From NCBI RefSeq assembly GCF_001194135.2, contig NC_068987.1, positions 42,072,950-42,136,949 of the forward strand: a stretch of DNA of 64,000 nt. Reading direction: 5' to 3'. Within the stretch, counting starts at the first letter, position 1, and the number at the start of each line of letters is the position of its first letter. Both the position numbers and the translations under genes were made by a program. Source of the stretch: Octopus bimaculoides (taxonomy: Eukaryota). Of this stretch, positions 37,636-50,579 are shown piece by piece. The notes under the pieces were generated by a model that was not told the DNA's origin, did no database searches, and was given only the letters and a program-made list of their open reading frames with translations.

Positions 37636-38149
37636 CTAGAGATAAATAAACAACAGCAATAAAAATAATGATTTCCCCTGTCTGCCACCAGAGTGACAGG
37701 TAAAGGAGACAATACAAAGGCAGACATAGGAATGATACGAAGAAAAAATTAAAATAGAACTGTACATGGTATACAATATCAACAATAGAAAAGAAGTATA
37801 TTTAATGCACATTAGTAAAAAAAGAAAAAGAAAAATGACAATGATGCAATCTTTTTGACACAGGAGAGAGCCTCTATCACCAATCAAAGAAACCCTCATC
37901 CAAGATCTTGAACAAAAAGGAGGAGTGTTCTCTCTAATATTGTTCTCTGACTCATAAGTCTACACTTATAATGGTGCCATCCACTCTTACCACTTTCATC
38001 TACATACACAAACATATAAATATAGTCCACAGATGAGATCCAAATATACTCCATATAGAAGACAGCAGTACTCAAAGATTCAAACTAAGACTCCAATGTC
38101 TTTACAGGGCATCATATGTATGAGGTCTGCTCAATTACTATCCGGACTG

Positions 38150-38715
38150 TTGCCATAGTTACAAAGCTGAAGCACACAGAGTGAATCTGCTTGGCACAGA
38201 TTGACCTTGAATTCATCTGTGCATGTGCACTAAGTTCAAAGATTCTAGCTCACTTCCGCTGTTTACAGCAGTGCTTCGAAGGAAGGTATGTAGCATGTGA
38301 TCATTGCATTGACCATAACAGAGAAAGTTGTCATGGTGATACCTGCTCAGAGGCCTAGGCAAAGTAGCAGAAAGTGTATGGAGAGGAGTGTACGATCTGC
38401 ACACAAGTGTACAAATGGTTCAAACATTTCCAAGATGATCGAAAAATTGTCAATATTGACGAACATTCTGCAACCAGCAGAACCAAGTAAAATATTACAG
38501 ATGTGCATGCAACTGTGAGAGAAAATTGTCAAATCACTGTTCATTAGTTATCAGATGATGTGCAGACTAGTTATGGTTCAGTTCAGTCCATTATCACTGA
38601 AGATTTGTGTATGAGATGCGTGTCTGCCAAAACTGCTTTCAGCTGACCAAAAAGACACCTAGCTTTCAGTTGCACAAGATCTCATAGTGTTGGGAACAAT
38701 GGAAACTTTTTGAAA
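38150..38715 (+). mobile_element. Mariner 5' fragment (same family as 17320-17870, opposite strand)
   Basis: ggttcagttcagtccattatcactgaagatttg...tctgccaaa..ctgctttcagctgaccaaaa. Confidence 0.8.
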
Positions 38716-39868
38716 ACTTTGCATAGGTGTAATAACTTGGCCTGTACTTTTCCAGGTTTATAACCTTAAGAATATTACTTTTCATGCTCGCATTTTTCCA
38801 TGTAATCCATGATTTTTCCAGACATTACTGTTATAATCAATAATGTGTCAATTAATAATTTAGGATTTTACCTTATAAACTACTGAGTAGGGGGATACAT
38901 TGGCTGCTATTTTTAGCGTGTTGAGTGACCAGGTAGAGGCTCTTTCACTGGTTTAACTGTGTGATGAGATGTTTTTCACATATATGTATAATATGCATAT
39001 ATATCATCAGCAGAAGTTAGAGTAAGTCAAAAGCTGAGAGTATTGGCATTTATCAAACACGAATTTGTCCATTGTCACTCTGTAACTTCTAAAATACAAA
39101 ATTTTGTCGAAAACGTTAAGAGTAAACCCTGTTGTATGCGACACATTCTACCAGTATCAGAAGTTTCAAAGTATTTAGTTAAAAAGAATTAAATAAATAA
39201 TCTGTATGTCAAATTGAATAAATCCAAAACGGATAAAAAGCAAAGTTGACCTCAGCGGAATTTGAACTCAAAATGTAAACACAGGCAAAATACTGCTAAG
39301 CAGTTCACCCAAAACGCTAATGTTTCTGCCAACTCAGCGCCATAGGACATAAACACTCATCTTAGCAATATATTCTTTATTCTTATAGCTGAAGCGTTAC
39401 TTCCTTACTCTCTTACTTACTGACACAAAATCTCATGACATTTCACCCCAGAACTTTTCTTTCACTAACTTTTGTTCAATGCGACTAGCAACTCTAAATT
39501 CCTCATACATTTTTCTATCATTTAAGCCTAAGAAAAGTATACTTTTATTTTAAAATTAAAAAGTTTATGTTAATTGAAGGTGTATAAGTGCCTTACTGCC
39601 CCGCTTAAGGTCGCAGACGTTTTGATGTAACTTTTTTTCTACTGAACCAAATCTCAAACTATTTATGCCAGAGAGTAGCTGAGGAGGTGTCCTCTTAAAA
39701 ACTGCGTTGGGAACAATGGAAACTTTTTGAAAACTTTGCATAGGTATAACAACTTGGCCTGTACTTTTCCAGGTTTATAACCTTAAGAATATTACTTTTC
39801 ATGCTCGCATTTTTCCATGTAATCCATGATTTTTCCAGGCATTACTGTTATAATTAATAATGTATCAA
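38689..39868 (+). repeat. 163-bp direct duplication (38689-38851 and 39706-39868), 5 mismatches
   Basis: Manual alignment, constant offset 1017 bp. Confidence 0.9.
39205..39342 (-). mobile_element. SINE family A copy (5' part)
   Basis: aaagcaaagttgacctcagcggaatttgaactc...ctaatgtttctgccaactcagcgcca. Confidence 0.8.
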
Positions 39869-39879
39869 CCACTACCGTA

Positions 39880-42017
39880 GTTGAATCAGGTGCGTGGGTA
39901 TACTTCTTGAGGAAAAATGGGTGGATAAGGTAATAGAGGTAGTCAGAGTATGCGATAGAATACTTAAGATTAGATTAGTCCTTCACCATGAGTTAGCAAC
40001 CATTATCTCGGCCTATGCCCCTCAGCCGGGGCTACCCGATGGACAGAAAGACTGATTTTATGACACCCTCTTGCAGACTACTTTGCTGACGAATGACAGG
40101 GACCTTCTCTTTGTGGCTGGTGACTTCAATAGACATGTTGGACAACATTCAGGGGGCTTCCATGGAGGCTATGGTTTTCATTCCCGCAATGAAGAGGGAG
40201 CCAGGCTGCTGGAGTTCTGTGATGCAAATGATCTTATGGTTTGCAATACTAACTTCAGGAAACCTGCCAGTCACCTACCGTTCTGGCAGACACACTAGCC
40301 AAATTGACTACATCCTCGCCAGGAAGCAGGAAAGATGGCTGCTTATAAATGCCAAAACCTTCCCAGGTGAAGAATGTACCCCACAACATAGATTAGTAGT
40401 TAGTGACTTCAGGATCAGGGCTAAATGGTTGCCCAGAAGATGACCAGCATGGAGGAGAAGGGTCTGGAAGCTTAAAGATCCTGCGAATGGACAGAAATTT
40501 AGACATATTCCTCTAAGCCTCTGACGAAATAGAGGGGGATATAGCTTCATACGATGTAGAAGACAACTGGAGGTTTCTGCAGGACAACCATCTGAGGGCC
40601 ACTGACCAGATCTGTGGATGGTGCAAAGTCCCCTCCAGACCCAAAATAACGTGGTGCTGGAAAAATGTTGTTGACAGGGCTATTAAACAAAAGAAACAGG
40701 CTTGAAAAGACTGGAAGAATGGAGGTAACAGGCAATTGTATAAGATTGCCAGAAAGGAAGCTAGGCGACAGGTTTATCTAGCCAGAGGGGAAGCAAATAG
40801 GAAAAAATTTGCCAATGTTCTGCGCCATGAGGAACCAAAAATTTGAGGTATTTCGTGTTGCAAGACAGTGTGTGAGAGAGAATCGTGATGTCGTAGGAGA
40901 GAAATGTGTTCGCATGGATGAGAGTACACTTGCACTAAATGAGGCCGCAAAGAAAGAGGTTTGGAGACGCCACTATGAAAGGTTGCACAATAAAGAGAAC
41001 GTATGGGAGAAAGAGAGTCTGCCGAATGTCGACCCAACAGAGGTACCAGCTATCCAAGTTGACAAACCATGGTAGATAAAGCAATTAAGAGTATGAAGAT
41101 AGAGAAACCCCCAGCCCATCAGGAATCCCAGCAGAGATGCTCAAAATATCTAGCAGTGTCGGCTATAGCCTAGTCACCCGTATTGTTAACCAGGTGATAC
41201 ATGAAGGAGTCATACCCAATGACTGGTATAGCAGCACCATAGTCAACTGCTGCAAAGGTAATGGTAACACTTTAAATACAAATAATTACAGAGGTATCAA
41301 GTTGCTGGATCAGGTAATGAAAGTCATGGAGAGGGTCATAGCCAAACTAATTAGGGAGAGAGTCAGTTTAGATGAGATGCAGTTTTGGTTCATTCCAGGG
41401 AAAAGCACCACTGATGCTATATTTCTGGTAAGACAGCAGCAGGAGAAATACCTAGCCAAAGATAAACCTCTGTACCTGATTTTCGTCAACATGGAGAAAG
41501 CCTCTGACAGGGTCCCCCGAACCCTTATCTGGTGGTCAATGAGGAAACTAGGGATACAAGAATGGTTAGAGAGATGCTGTCAGTAAGGTGAGGGTTGGCA
41601 ACGAGTACAGTGAAGAATTCCAGGTAGAGGTAAAGGTCCCCCAAGGTTCAGTCCTCAGCTCCCTCCTATTTATCATAGTACTCCAGGCAATAACACAGGA
41701 ATTCAAGACAAGATGCCCCTGGGAGCTCCTCTATGCTGATGACGTTGCACTAATTGCTGAGTCACTATCAGAACTAGAGGAGAAGTTTTAGGTGTGGAAG
41801 CAAGGACTAGAATCAAAGGGCCTTAGAGTCAACCTAGCTAAAACCANNNNNNNNNNTGTGGAAGCAAGGACTAGAATCAAAGGGCCTTAGAGTCAACCTA
41901 GCTAAAACCAAAGTCCTAATAAGTAGGAAAGTAGACAAAACACAAACCCATTCAGGTAGATGGCCCTGCTTGATCTGTAGAAAAGGCATAGGTAGAAACT
42001 CTATAAGATGTACTCCA
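39880..42017 (+). mobile_element. RTE LINE (5'-truncated, broken at the PHD-like insert by a CR1)
   Basis: AYAPQPGLPDGQKD, GDFNRHVG, SQIDYILARK, NYRGIKLLDQVMKV, QGSVLSSLLF, YADD. Confidence 0.92.
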
Positions 42018-43780
42018 GGTCTTACTCAAATTTGGTATGTGTCACCCTAATTGTATACATAAGACAACATAATATAGTCATATGCAATATATATTGCCCA
42101 CCGGATGCTCCAAACCACATAGGCAAATTTGAAGATTGCCTCACTAGAATTAAAGAAATCCTCATGAAACTGGAACACCATGTGACCATATTTCTTATGG
42201 GTGATTTCAACTTCCCCAACGTCAAATGGCTCGAAGGTCTCATACTCTCAGGAATGACTTATCGCAAGCAAGCACAGGTGGAATGCCTGCCCAACCTCAC
42301 CAATGCCCTATTCATGGAGCAAGCTGTTCTCAGATCAACTAGAGCGAATAACATTCTAGATCTCTGCTTCATGAACAATATGGACATCATTCATGATGTG
42401 AAAGTGACGCCGACATTAGTCTCGGATCACAACATAATAGAGCTGTCTATGTTTGGGCCGAAAGAAACCAGAAACATACAGTCNNNNNNNNNNNNNNNNN
42501 NNNNNNNNNNNNNNNNNNNNNNNNNNNNNNNNNNNNNNNNNNNNNNNNNNNNNNNNNNNNNNNNNNNNNNNNNNNNNNNNNNNNNNNNNNNNNNNNNNNN
42601 NNNNNNNNNNNNNNNNNNNNNNNNNNNNNNNNNNNNNNNNNNNNNNNNNNNNNNNNNNNNNNNNNNNNNNNNNNNNNNNNNNNNNNNNNNNNNNNNNNNN
42701 NNNNNNNNNNNNNNNNNNNNNNNNNNNNNNNNNNNNNNNNNNNNNNNNNNNNNNNNNNNNNNNNNNNNNNNNNNNNNNNNNNNNNNNNNNNNNNNNNNNN
42801 NNNNNNNNNNNNNNNNNNNNNNNNNNNNNNNNNNNNNNNNNNNNNNNNNTCCCGCCTAAAAACGACACTGATGGAGATAGAAAAAAGGCTGCAACAATCC
42901 TATGTGAGGGAGAGAGCAGACAAAGAAGCCTGGGTTATAAAAAACATTAAGTCAAATCCAAAGGCCTTCTTTCATTACGCGAAAGAAACAGCCTCAGTAC
43001 GCTGCAAGATCGGACCCCTCTTCGAAAAGGATGGCTCCCTCACAGACAGTCCAACTAACATCAGTGAGGTACTGAATGAGCAATTCAAAAGTGTCTTCAC
43101 CACTCCGTTGGAGCACAGACAAGTGAACGAACCAGTGGATTTCTTTGCTACCTCCCCTATAACCAGAGAGACAGTTACGATGGAATACATCAACACAAAC
43201 TCAACTGCTGGTCCTGATGGTTTCCCAGCAACCCTCCTTAAATCGTGTAAGCATGCCCTGGCAAAACCCCTCCAGATCCTCTTCCAGAGCTTTCTCGCAA
43301 ACGGCAGACTGCCAAGCAAGCTGAAGGAGGGAATAATATGCCCAATCCATAAAGGGGGAAGCAGAGCAGATGCCAAAAACTATAGGCCTACCTTTCTGAC
43401 TTCACACATCAGCAAAGTCATGGAAAGGATAGTCAGAGGAAAGCTAATCGCATTCCTTGAAGAAAATCCTCAGTTTTGCTAAGTGATACCCAACATGGCT
43501 TTTGACCTAGGTAGGAGCTGCCTGACCCAGCTCTTAAAACAATATGACTGGGTGTTGAGGCAGTTACTCAACAACTCAAATGTGGACATAATATACTTTG
43601 ATTTTGCAAAAGCTTTTGACAAAGTGGATCATGGTGTGATATGTCACAAACTGAGTGATCTTGGCATAGCTGGAAAACTTGAAGAGTGGTTACATGACTT
43701 TCTGAAAGATAGAAGTCAGGCAGTAGTGGCTAATGGAGCCACCTCTATGAAAACACAAATAATGAGCGGTGTTCAACAGG
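42018..43780 (+). mobile_element. CR1-type LINE (APE, linker and RT N-half; contains N-gap 42484-42849)
   Basis: NIYCPP..MGDFNFPNVKW..LDL..SDHNII (APE); STAGPDG, PIHKGG, NYRP..LTSHISKVMER, YFDFAKAFDKVDH, SGVQQG (RT). Confidence 0.92.
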
Positions 43781-44095
43781 GGTCTGATCTTGCAGCGTAC
43801 TGAGGCTGTTTCTTTCACGTAATGAAAGAAGGCCTTTGGGTTTGACTTAATGTTTTTTATAACCCAGGCTTCTTTGTCTGCTCTCTCCCTCACATAGGAT
43901 TGCTGCAGCCTTTTTTCTATCTCCATCAGTGTCATTTTTAGGCGGGACCTTTCGCTACTTTTGGGGTGCTGGTTCAGTCAATTTGCAACTTTCGTCTGTT
44001 GTCTCATGAGGATCTTCCTCTCCTTTGCAATCTTGTTCCTATTTGTTTTGGCCTTGTGCTCTGGGACATATTTCTGGCATATGGCTTGCACAGTA
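43781..44095 (-). mobile_element. Inverted CR1 segment (~97% identical to 42850-43015 where comparable)
   Basis: Reverse complement of ...MEIEKRLQQSYVRERADKEAWVIKNIKSNPKAFF...; 5 mismatches in ~165 bp. Confidence 0.88.
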
Positions 44096-45122
44096 ACATC
44101 TCATGGACGATGTTACTGCTCAAGAGGATGTTTTTCTTGTTGCAGTCATTGATCCACAATTCCATGGCAGATTCCATCCTGACGACGTGCTTATTTCTCA
44201 CTTTGTTATCTTTTTGGCACTTTCACAGAAACTTACTGCTACCGTATTCTGATCGCCACCTTATTTTTTATGTAGTGCATGATGCTTTCTTTGACAACAT
44301 AATAGCAACCTACTGCAACATAACTTTTACCTTCCTGGAACATATCCTAGAGTTGTGCCTTCACATGGAGCGTCATAACCTTTTTCTGGCACTTAGGTTC
44401 ACTGCCAGAAGCCTTAGAAGGTGCAGGGCATTTGGGCAGCATCTTAGGGCTTTAATAACAGACTATGACAAACACAGCACTCAACAAAATACTGGAGACA
44501 GCTACTTAACACAATTTTTCCAAAAAAAGCTCAAAAAAAAAATCATTGTATTTAATACCACGAATGGGAGATTGTGCAGAGATTAAAAATAATCGTGGTT
44601 TTGAAAAATTTAGTTTGTATTACCACTAGATACAGTCATCTATACTATAATAAGAGAGAGAGAGGGGGGGACCAGCAAGTAACCTAATTTGAATGAGGCT
44701 ATACTGGCTCATGACCTTAAAAATTATGTTGTTGAAATAAACATTGTGCATGATCAAATGTAGTGACAATTTTAAAAAAGGGCTAGTAGTCGCTATACAA
44801 ATCAGCAAGCTTTGAATGAAAGCAGGAATAAGAGAAATAAGATACAGTGTAGTTGTGTCTAAAAAAATCAAGCGACGTAATGCGTAGTTTTTCTAATCAG
44901 AGAGACCTTCAGCTGCAATGGGGCAGCCAGTAAACTGGCAAATACAGTATATTGTTATTTATAATTTAACCATCATAAGTGTGCAAAAGTATATATTGCC
45001 ATAAAAAATCGTGGACAATATTTATGTTTACGCAAATATGTGGTGCTTTTCGTGAGTAATTATTAGTTCCATGAATAACCAGGACTACGATTGCCAAACC
45101 GTGAATAAGCAGGAGTATATTG
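44096..45122 (-). mobile_element. Tigger/pogo-like DNA transposon 5' fragment (HTH/CENP-B-like region)
   Basis: RNKHVVRMESAMELWINDCNKKNILLSSNIV; KKVMTL..K..L..GKSY; minus-strand terminus ta|caatatactcctgcttattcacgg. Confidence 0.65.
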
Positions 45123-45224
45123 TATATATATGCGTGTGTTATATACATCTGATGCCTCTTATGCCGAACTTTTCTCTTAAGACACTTACACTGTCATACA
45201 TGCACACTCAGTGAAGTATACTAG

Positions 45225-45972
45225 CTTCATTTCTTTCAAGCCCATGCATGTCCTTGGCAGTCATAGCCCATGTTTTCACAGCAGAGTAGCTTGGCTGTTC
45301 TCACACAGGTATCATACAATGTGCCTTTCACTCTGAAGGAGAGGCCCTTTGTTTCCAACAGAGGCAGAAGCTCTCTTAACTTTGCCCAGCCTCTTATTCT
45401 AGCAGCTACACTCTCAGAGTATCCCCCTCTACTACTGACTTGCTCACCTAGATAACAGAAGCTATCAACTACTTCCAGCTTTCCTCCCTGGCATTTGATG
45501 GATTTCATTTTCTGTATGTTTTTAGTGTTAATTGTACCTGTGCACTTTTCACACACAAAAAAAATAGTTTCCCTGTTAACCTTCCTGATATTGTTGCACC
45601 ACTTACGTGTCATTAGCTTACACCGGGTACAGCTTATGGAGCTTCAACCTATGCCTTTCTGCAGATCAAGCAGGGTCATCCACCTGAAGCTATTTGTGAT
45701 TTGTCACCTTTCCTACTTACTAATACTTTGGTTTTTGTTAAATTAACTCTGATTCTAGACCTTGCTTCCACATCCAAAATTTTCTCTCTAGTTTCAGTAG
45801 TGATTCAGCTATAGGAACAAGGTCATCAGTATAGAGGGGTTCCCAGGTGCAGCACATCTTAAATTCCTCTGTTACTGCCTGGTGAACAAAAGGGGGCTGA
45901 GGACTGAGCCTCAGTGGACACCTACTTGTACCCTGAATTCATCGTCATATTCATTGCTAATCTTCACCTGAC
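45225..45972 (-). mobile_element. RTE LINE fragment (RT, PHD-like insert, C-terminus)
   Basis: GKLEVVDSFCYLGEQVSSRGGYSESVAARIR; CRRHRLKLHKLYPV..CTGTINT. Confidence 0.9.
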
Positions 45973-46079
45973 ACACACACACACACACACACACATATAA
46001 ATATATACATATACATATTCTTTTATGTTTCAGTCCGAAGGTTGTGGCCATGCAAGAGCACTGCCAATGTAAATCACCT

Positions 46080-47230
46080 TTTCAATAGCCTAACTTACGC
46101 GATTGGCTTTTGCAGGGAGTTTGACATAGCTGCTCTCTTTTGAGTTTCTTGCTGTGATATAGGGTCATCTGGGACCTTGAACAACAGGCGATCCAAGTTG
46201 TTTCTTGAAAATATCTACCACTACTCCATGAAAAGCCATCAGATGTTTTAATAAGGCATAAAATAGCTGTGGGCCCTTGAATCCTCAGCTACAGCAGTAT
46301 ATGGTCCCCACTATAGACTTGATAGCTGAGACCTTTGGAACAGTGCAGTGACATCATGTTTGGGATTAGATTAGCTCTTGGTACCAAAGTTTGGTGCGAA
46401 CTCATCCAGGATCATCCATGTGTATATCACTGCACACCTCTCCCATCTTCACTCCAAGGAGTAGAGTCATAGCCCTTTCAGTGACTCCCAGTAGCTCAGT
46501 TGTTCCATCGATGCAATCTTCCTGGTATAGCACTGCTAAATTGCCTCAACTTCCACTATTTATTTGACACTGGTGAGTGACCACTGTTGAAAGCAGTAGT
46601 CCAGACGGCTGAGGACAAATGTCCTTCATAAAACCAGCCTAGTTTCCTGGCCCCTTGTTTTGAAGGTTCTCAGAATCCAGCCAGCCATTTGCTTGTACAT
46701 TGCCACCATTTTAGTGATATGAATGTGAAACAAGGCATCATTGTTCATATCACTGTATGTGATTCTGGGACTGCCAGTCCTTTTGGTCCACAGTATCATT
46801 GTTGTGGCTTCTGAGCATCAATTAGCTGGTAGTGGAAGGCTTAGAATTTACCTGCATTAAATTGCATACTGTTTTCCTCATCCTACTTATATATGGCATC
46901 TAGGTCTTTCTGTAGAAAATTAGCAGTAGAAGGCTCCTTGACTGCTTGTGCTACTTTTGTGTTGTCAGCATAGCTAGTAAATGTGGCTGTCTGTGTAATT
47001 GATGGCATGTCTGAAAGAGCCACCATAAACAGCGGTGTTCCTAAGACAGTTCCCTGAGGCACTCCACTCTCCATTACTGTCTCCATTGGCTACCACTGCC
47101 TGGCTTGTTTTTTAAGAAGTCATGTAACCACTCTCCCAGTTTTCCAACTATGCTGAATCAACCTAATCAAAGGACTTTGCAAAATCAAGATATATCACAT
47201 CTACGTTTGAGCAATTCATTGGTTGCTTCA
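46080..47230 (-). mobile_element. CR1-type LINE RT C-terminal half (diverged subfamily)
   Basis: SGVPQGTVLGTPLFMVALSDMP...SYADNTK...LQKDLDAIYKW; DLGI. Confidence 0.88.
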
Positions 47231-47259
47231 ACACCTAGTCATAATGCTGCATTTATATA

Positions 47260-48385
47260 TTGGGTTGTCCAGAAAGTTTATACCTATTTTTAGTTGTTCA
47301 TGTTCCAACACATTAGAAAACATCAAATTTATTGACACATAATATGCCTACATTTCCACTTAGCACACACTTCAAACTATCTCGAGAAAGAAAGTTTAAA
47401 ATTACTTACTTTGTGTCAATTTTGCATCCCTATGTATGGAAGTGGCTCGCTAAATTTACAGTTAGTGATTGTAGCCTTATTGATGAAGAACACTCAGGCA
47501 GACCCCACCACCACTTCAAAAGACGAACAGATCAAGACACTGATTGAGAATAACCCACACTACACAACATGGGAATTGGCAGAAACACTAAATTTATCTA
47601 AATCACCATCCTTGGACACTTAGTGAAGCTTGAGTACACATAATTTGAGTGAAAAGAATCTTTTGGATTGCATTTCTAGCTGTGATTTGCTGTATAAACA
47701 CAAAGAAAATGCACCCTTTTTGAAGCAAATTGTGATGAGTGTTGAGAAATGGATGGTTTACAACAATGTTCAGCGAAAAAGATCCTGGGGTAAGCGACAT
47801 GAACCACCTTTAGCCACCTCAAAAGCAGGTCTTCGTCCTAAGAAAGTCATGCTCTGCATCTGGTGGGATTGGAAAGAAATCCTGTACTATGAACTTCTGC
47901 CAAGTAACCAGTCAATTAATTCTTAGATGTACTGCTTGCAACTGAACAATCTAAAGGCAGCAATTCAAGAAAAACGCCCAGAATTGGTGAACAGGAAAGG
48001 TGTTGTTTTCCATCAGGATAATGCCAGTCCTCAGGTTTCTTTGGCAACCTGTCAAAAACTGTTGCAGCTTGGCTGGGATGTGTTACTCCACCCACCATAT
48101 TCACCAGATATTGCTCCTTCAGATTTTCATTTATTCAGGTCCTTGCAAAATAATCTCAATAGTAAAAATTTTAATTCTTTGGAGGACATAAAAACCACCT
48201 AAATGAGTTCTTTGCCAAGAAATCACTGAAATTCTTGGAGGATGGAATCTTTAAGTTGAGGAAACATAGAGAAAGGTTGTGCAACAAAATGGTTCATATT
48301 TAGTGGAATAAATATTTAATGGCATAATTTTGTTTTATCTTTTAATTCCCCTTAAAAATCAACATAAACTTTCAGGACAACCCAG
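47260..48385 (+). mobile_element. Mariner (DD34D) transposon, complete ends, dead transposase
   Basis: TA|TTGGGTTGTCCAGAAAGTTTAT ... ATAAACTTTCAGGACAACCCAG|TA; HQDNA...HPPYSPDIAPSD with 34 intervening residues (counted); frameshifts. Confidence 0.93.
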
Positions 48386-48696
48386 TATATTCTATCTCTA
48401 CATTATATTGATCTCTATATATATATATTTTCTAGATCTACTTGATATTGATTTATCTCTCTAGCCTCTTAACATCCATCAATCTTTCTGCCTATTTTCT
48501 TGCCTTACCCTCATTTTTACACTTCTTCATTTATATACTTACGAACATATATATTTTTGTGGCAAATAGACAAAGACTTAGAGAAGTAAGATTATAACAC
48601 TTATTCAACAACACAATCCAACAATCTGTTGGTTAAATAAATTATTTTATGTACACTAATACTGTGCGCTTTATGATTAGAGGATGCTATGCTTAG

Positions 48697-48890
48697 CCCT
48701 TTTGATAGCATCCCTAGTTCTATGAGATAAACTTTTTGTTTTAAAGTAATCTACCTTTTACTAAAATTTCATGTTTATTTATGTTCCAAACACCAGATTG
48801 ATAATGATAATTATTTTACGAATTCCTTTATTATTTTAAAAATTAATTGAAACAAAGGTAGTTTAATTCAACAAAAATATAGAAATGAGA
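48697..48890. mobile_element. piggyBac-like MITE family copy
   Basis: ttag|cccttttgatagc start; reverse-complement similarity to 8098-8320. Confidence 0.55.
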
Positions 48891-48940
48891 GATTCTAAAA
48901 ATTTGGTAAAGTTTTAGAAAATGGTATTTTGACAACTTAC

Positions 48941-49006
48941 GTTTTGATTTTGAGAGAAGATCATTGGCATTACGAAGTTCATTTTCAAGATTTTTGGTCT
49001 TTTTAT
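48941..49006 (-). CDS. TPR: TPR exon, 66 bp (DKKTKNLENELRNANDLLSKSK+C), phase 1/1
   Basis: Acceptor tttgcAG, donor GTAAGT; aligns to human RLEKELENANDLLS. Confidence 0.92.
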
Positions 49007-49226
49007 CTGCAAAACAACAGATTAAAGGATACTGAAGTTAAAATGAGAAAAAATAATTAGTCATAAGGTACAAAGAAATAATTTAAAATTCAAAATACGG
49101 CAGTTAATTTTGTTAGTTCAACATCTTTAGTAATATTTCTGGACTACTGACGACAACTAGGGCAGGTCACAGGTAAATACATGTAAAAGGAAATAAAAGG
49201 AAAATGGAAGCTGATCAGAACTTTAC

Positions 49227-49295
49227 CTTTTTCTTCCAGTTGCTGTAAAAACTTGCTTTTTTCCATATCCTTCATTGCTTCTAGTTTGCTTCGGC
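49227..49295 (-). CDS. TPR: TPR exon, 69 bp (GRSKLEAMKDMEKSKFLQQLEEK+G), phase 1/1
   Basis: Acceptor tctttAG, donor GTAAAG; phase-compatible on both sides. Confidence 0.85.
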
Positions 49296-49591
49296 CTAAA
49301 GAAAAAAATATTTTGTTTTATTTGCAATAAAATATTCCACAAAACTTTAAGTCAAATAATTATCTACCAAAATAAAACCGAAAATAAATTTTGAAACTAC
49401 AATTACTTTAATATAAGGGCACAACATGAAGTATCAATTATGCTTATATGATAGTAATTTACATACCATTGTGAAGCTCATCCACCCTAGCCTAACAATT
49501 ACAAAACTGTTTAAGCATACACACAAACACAGAATGTAAGTTATTTTAAAACCATTTTTGATACGTAGAGTAATATTAAAGTTCTCTTTAC

Positions 49592-49679
49592 CTTCTGATG
49601 CTTCTCTTAAAAGATTCTGCAATTCAGATACAGCACGCGACAGTTCCTTAATCTTATTCTCAGAGTCTTCAGATAAACC
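49592..49679 (-). CDS. TPR: TPR exon, 88 bp (GLSEDSENKIKELSRAVSELQNLLREASE+G), phase 0/1
   Basis: Acceptor aaatAG, donor GTAAAG; aligns to human [29 protein letters not shown]. Confidence 0.93.
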
Positions 49680-50579
49680 CTATTTAAATAATAAAGAAAA
49701 AGAAAACAAATGGAAATGGAAATTACCACATGACACATCAATTCCCTAACATCTCATTCAGGAAATTCTGATCAGCCTACTTAGAGGCATTAAGTATGGA
49801 AATTAACCAATGAAATCATTGGATTAACTTTCAGAATAGTGATCCAGTATTTTACATGTTACATTTTCACATGGCGTTGTTCAGCATTAGGTCAATTTTT
49901 AGCAGGTCATGGAACCCTGTACAGCTGCCATTCCAGGCTGCTGATGGCATGGTTGTTTAGACACTTGTCAGATTTGTCAAAGACACTCTAGCTGTGACTA
50001 TTCTATTTAGGAATACATTATTCAATGTATCCATCTGTTTACTTTAAGTTAGGAGCAGGTTAGAACTGAGGGAGATTTGGTTGCTATTTCTATGAAGTTG
50101 TACAACTCTAAATAATCTCCCTTATTGACTTGGTCTTTATTTGGAAGTTGCAGATGATATAACAGAAATATCATGGGTAAACATTGCCTCTGTAAATGAT
50201 CATAACTTTCTAGTATTTATATCATCAATCATGAGGATACAGGTATTAGGTCTAAGGCTCAAACCCCACTACTACACAGTACTGTGGGCAAACACTTTCA
50301 CCACAGCCTCAGATTGACCCAAGTCTTGCAAGTAAATAGGGATAGATGAAAACTATGTAGAAGCCTGTCAGATGGATTGTACCTGTAATTCAAAAGTCCA
50401 GCCTTATCATACATATCCTACCCAAGAATTATGTTGAGTACATGAAATACTCAACCCGCCAGTTCTGCAGACAGATTGTCTAGCCAATTAACAACTGGAC
50501 ACATTCCTATACTGAATTCAGTATAAGAGTCCACTATCATCATCATCTCATCAATCCCAGTAAAATGAAAAGTAAAGCC

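Noticed and set aside
41793-41910. Exact 54-bp tandem duplication in the RTE
   Set aside because: The two identical copies sit either side of a 10-N gap (41847-41856), typical of overlapping contig ends rather than biology.
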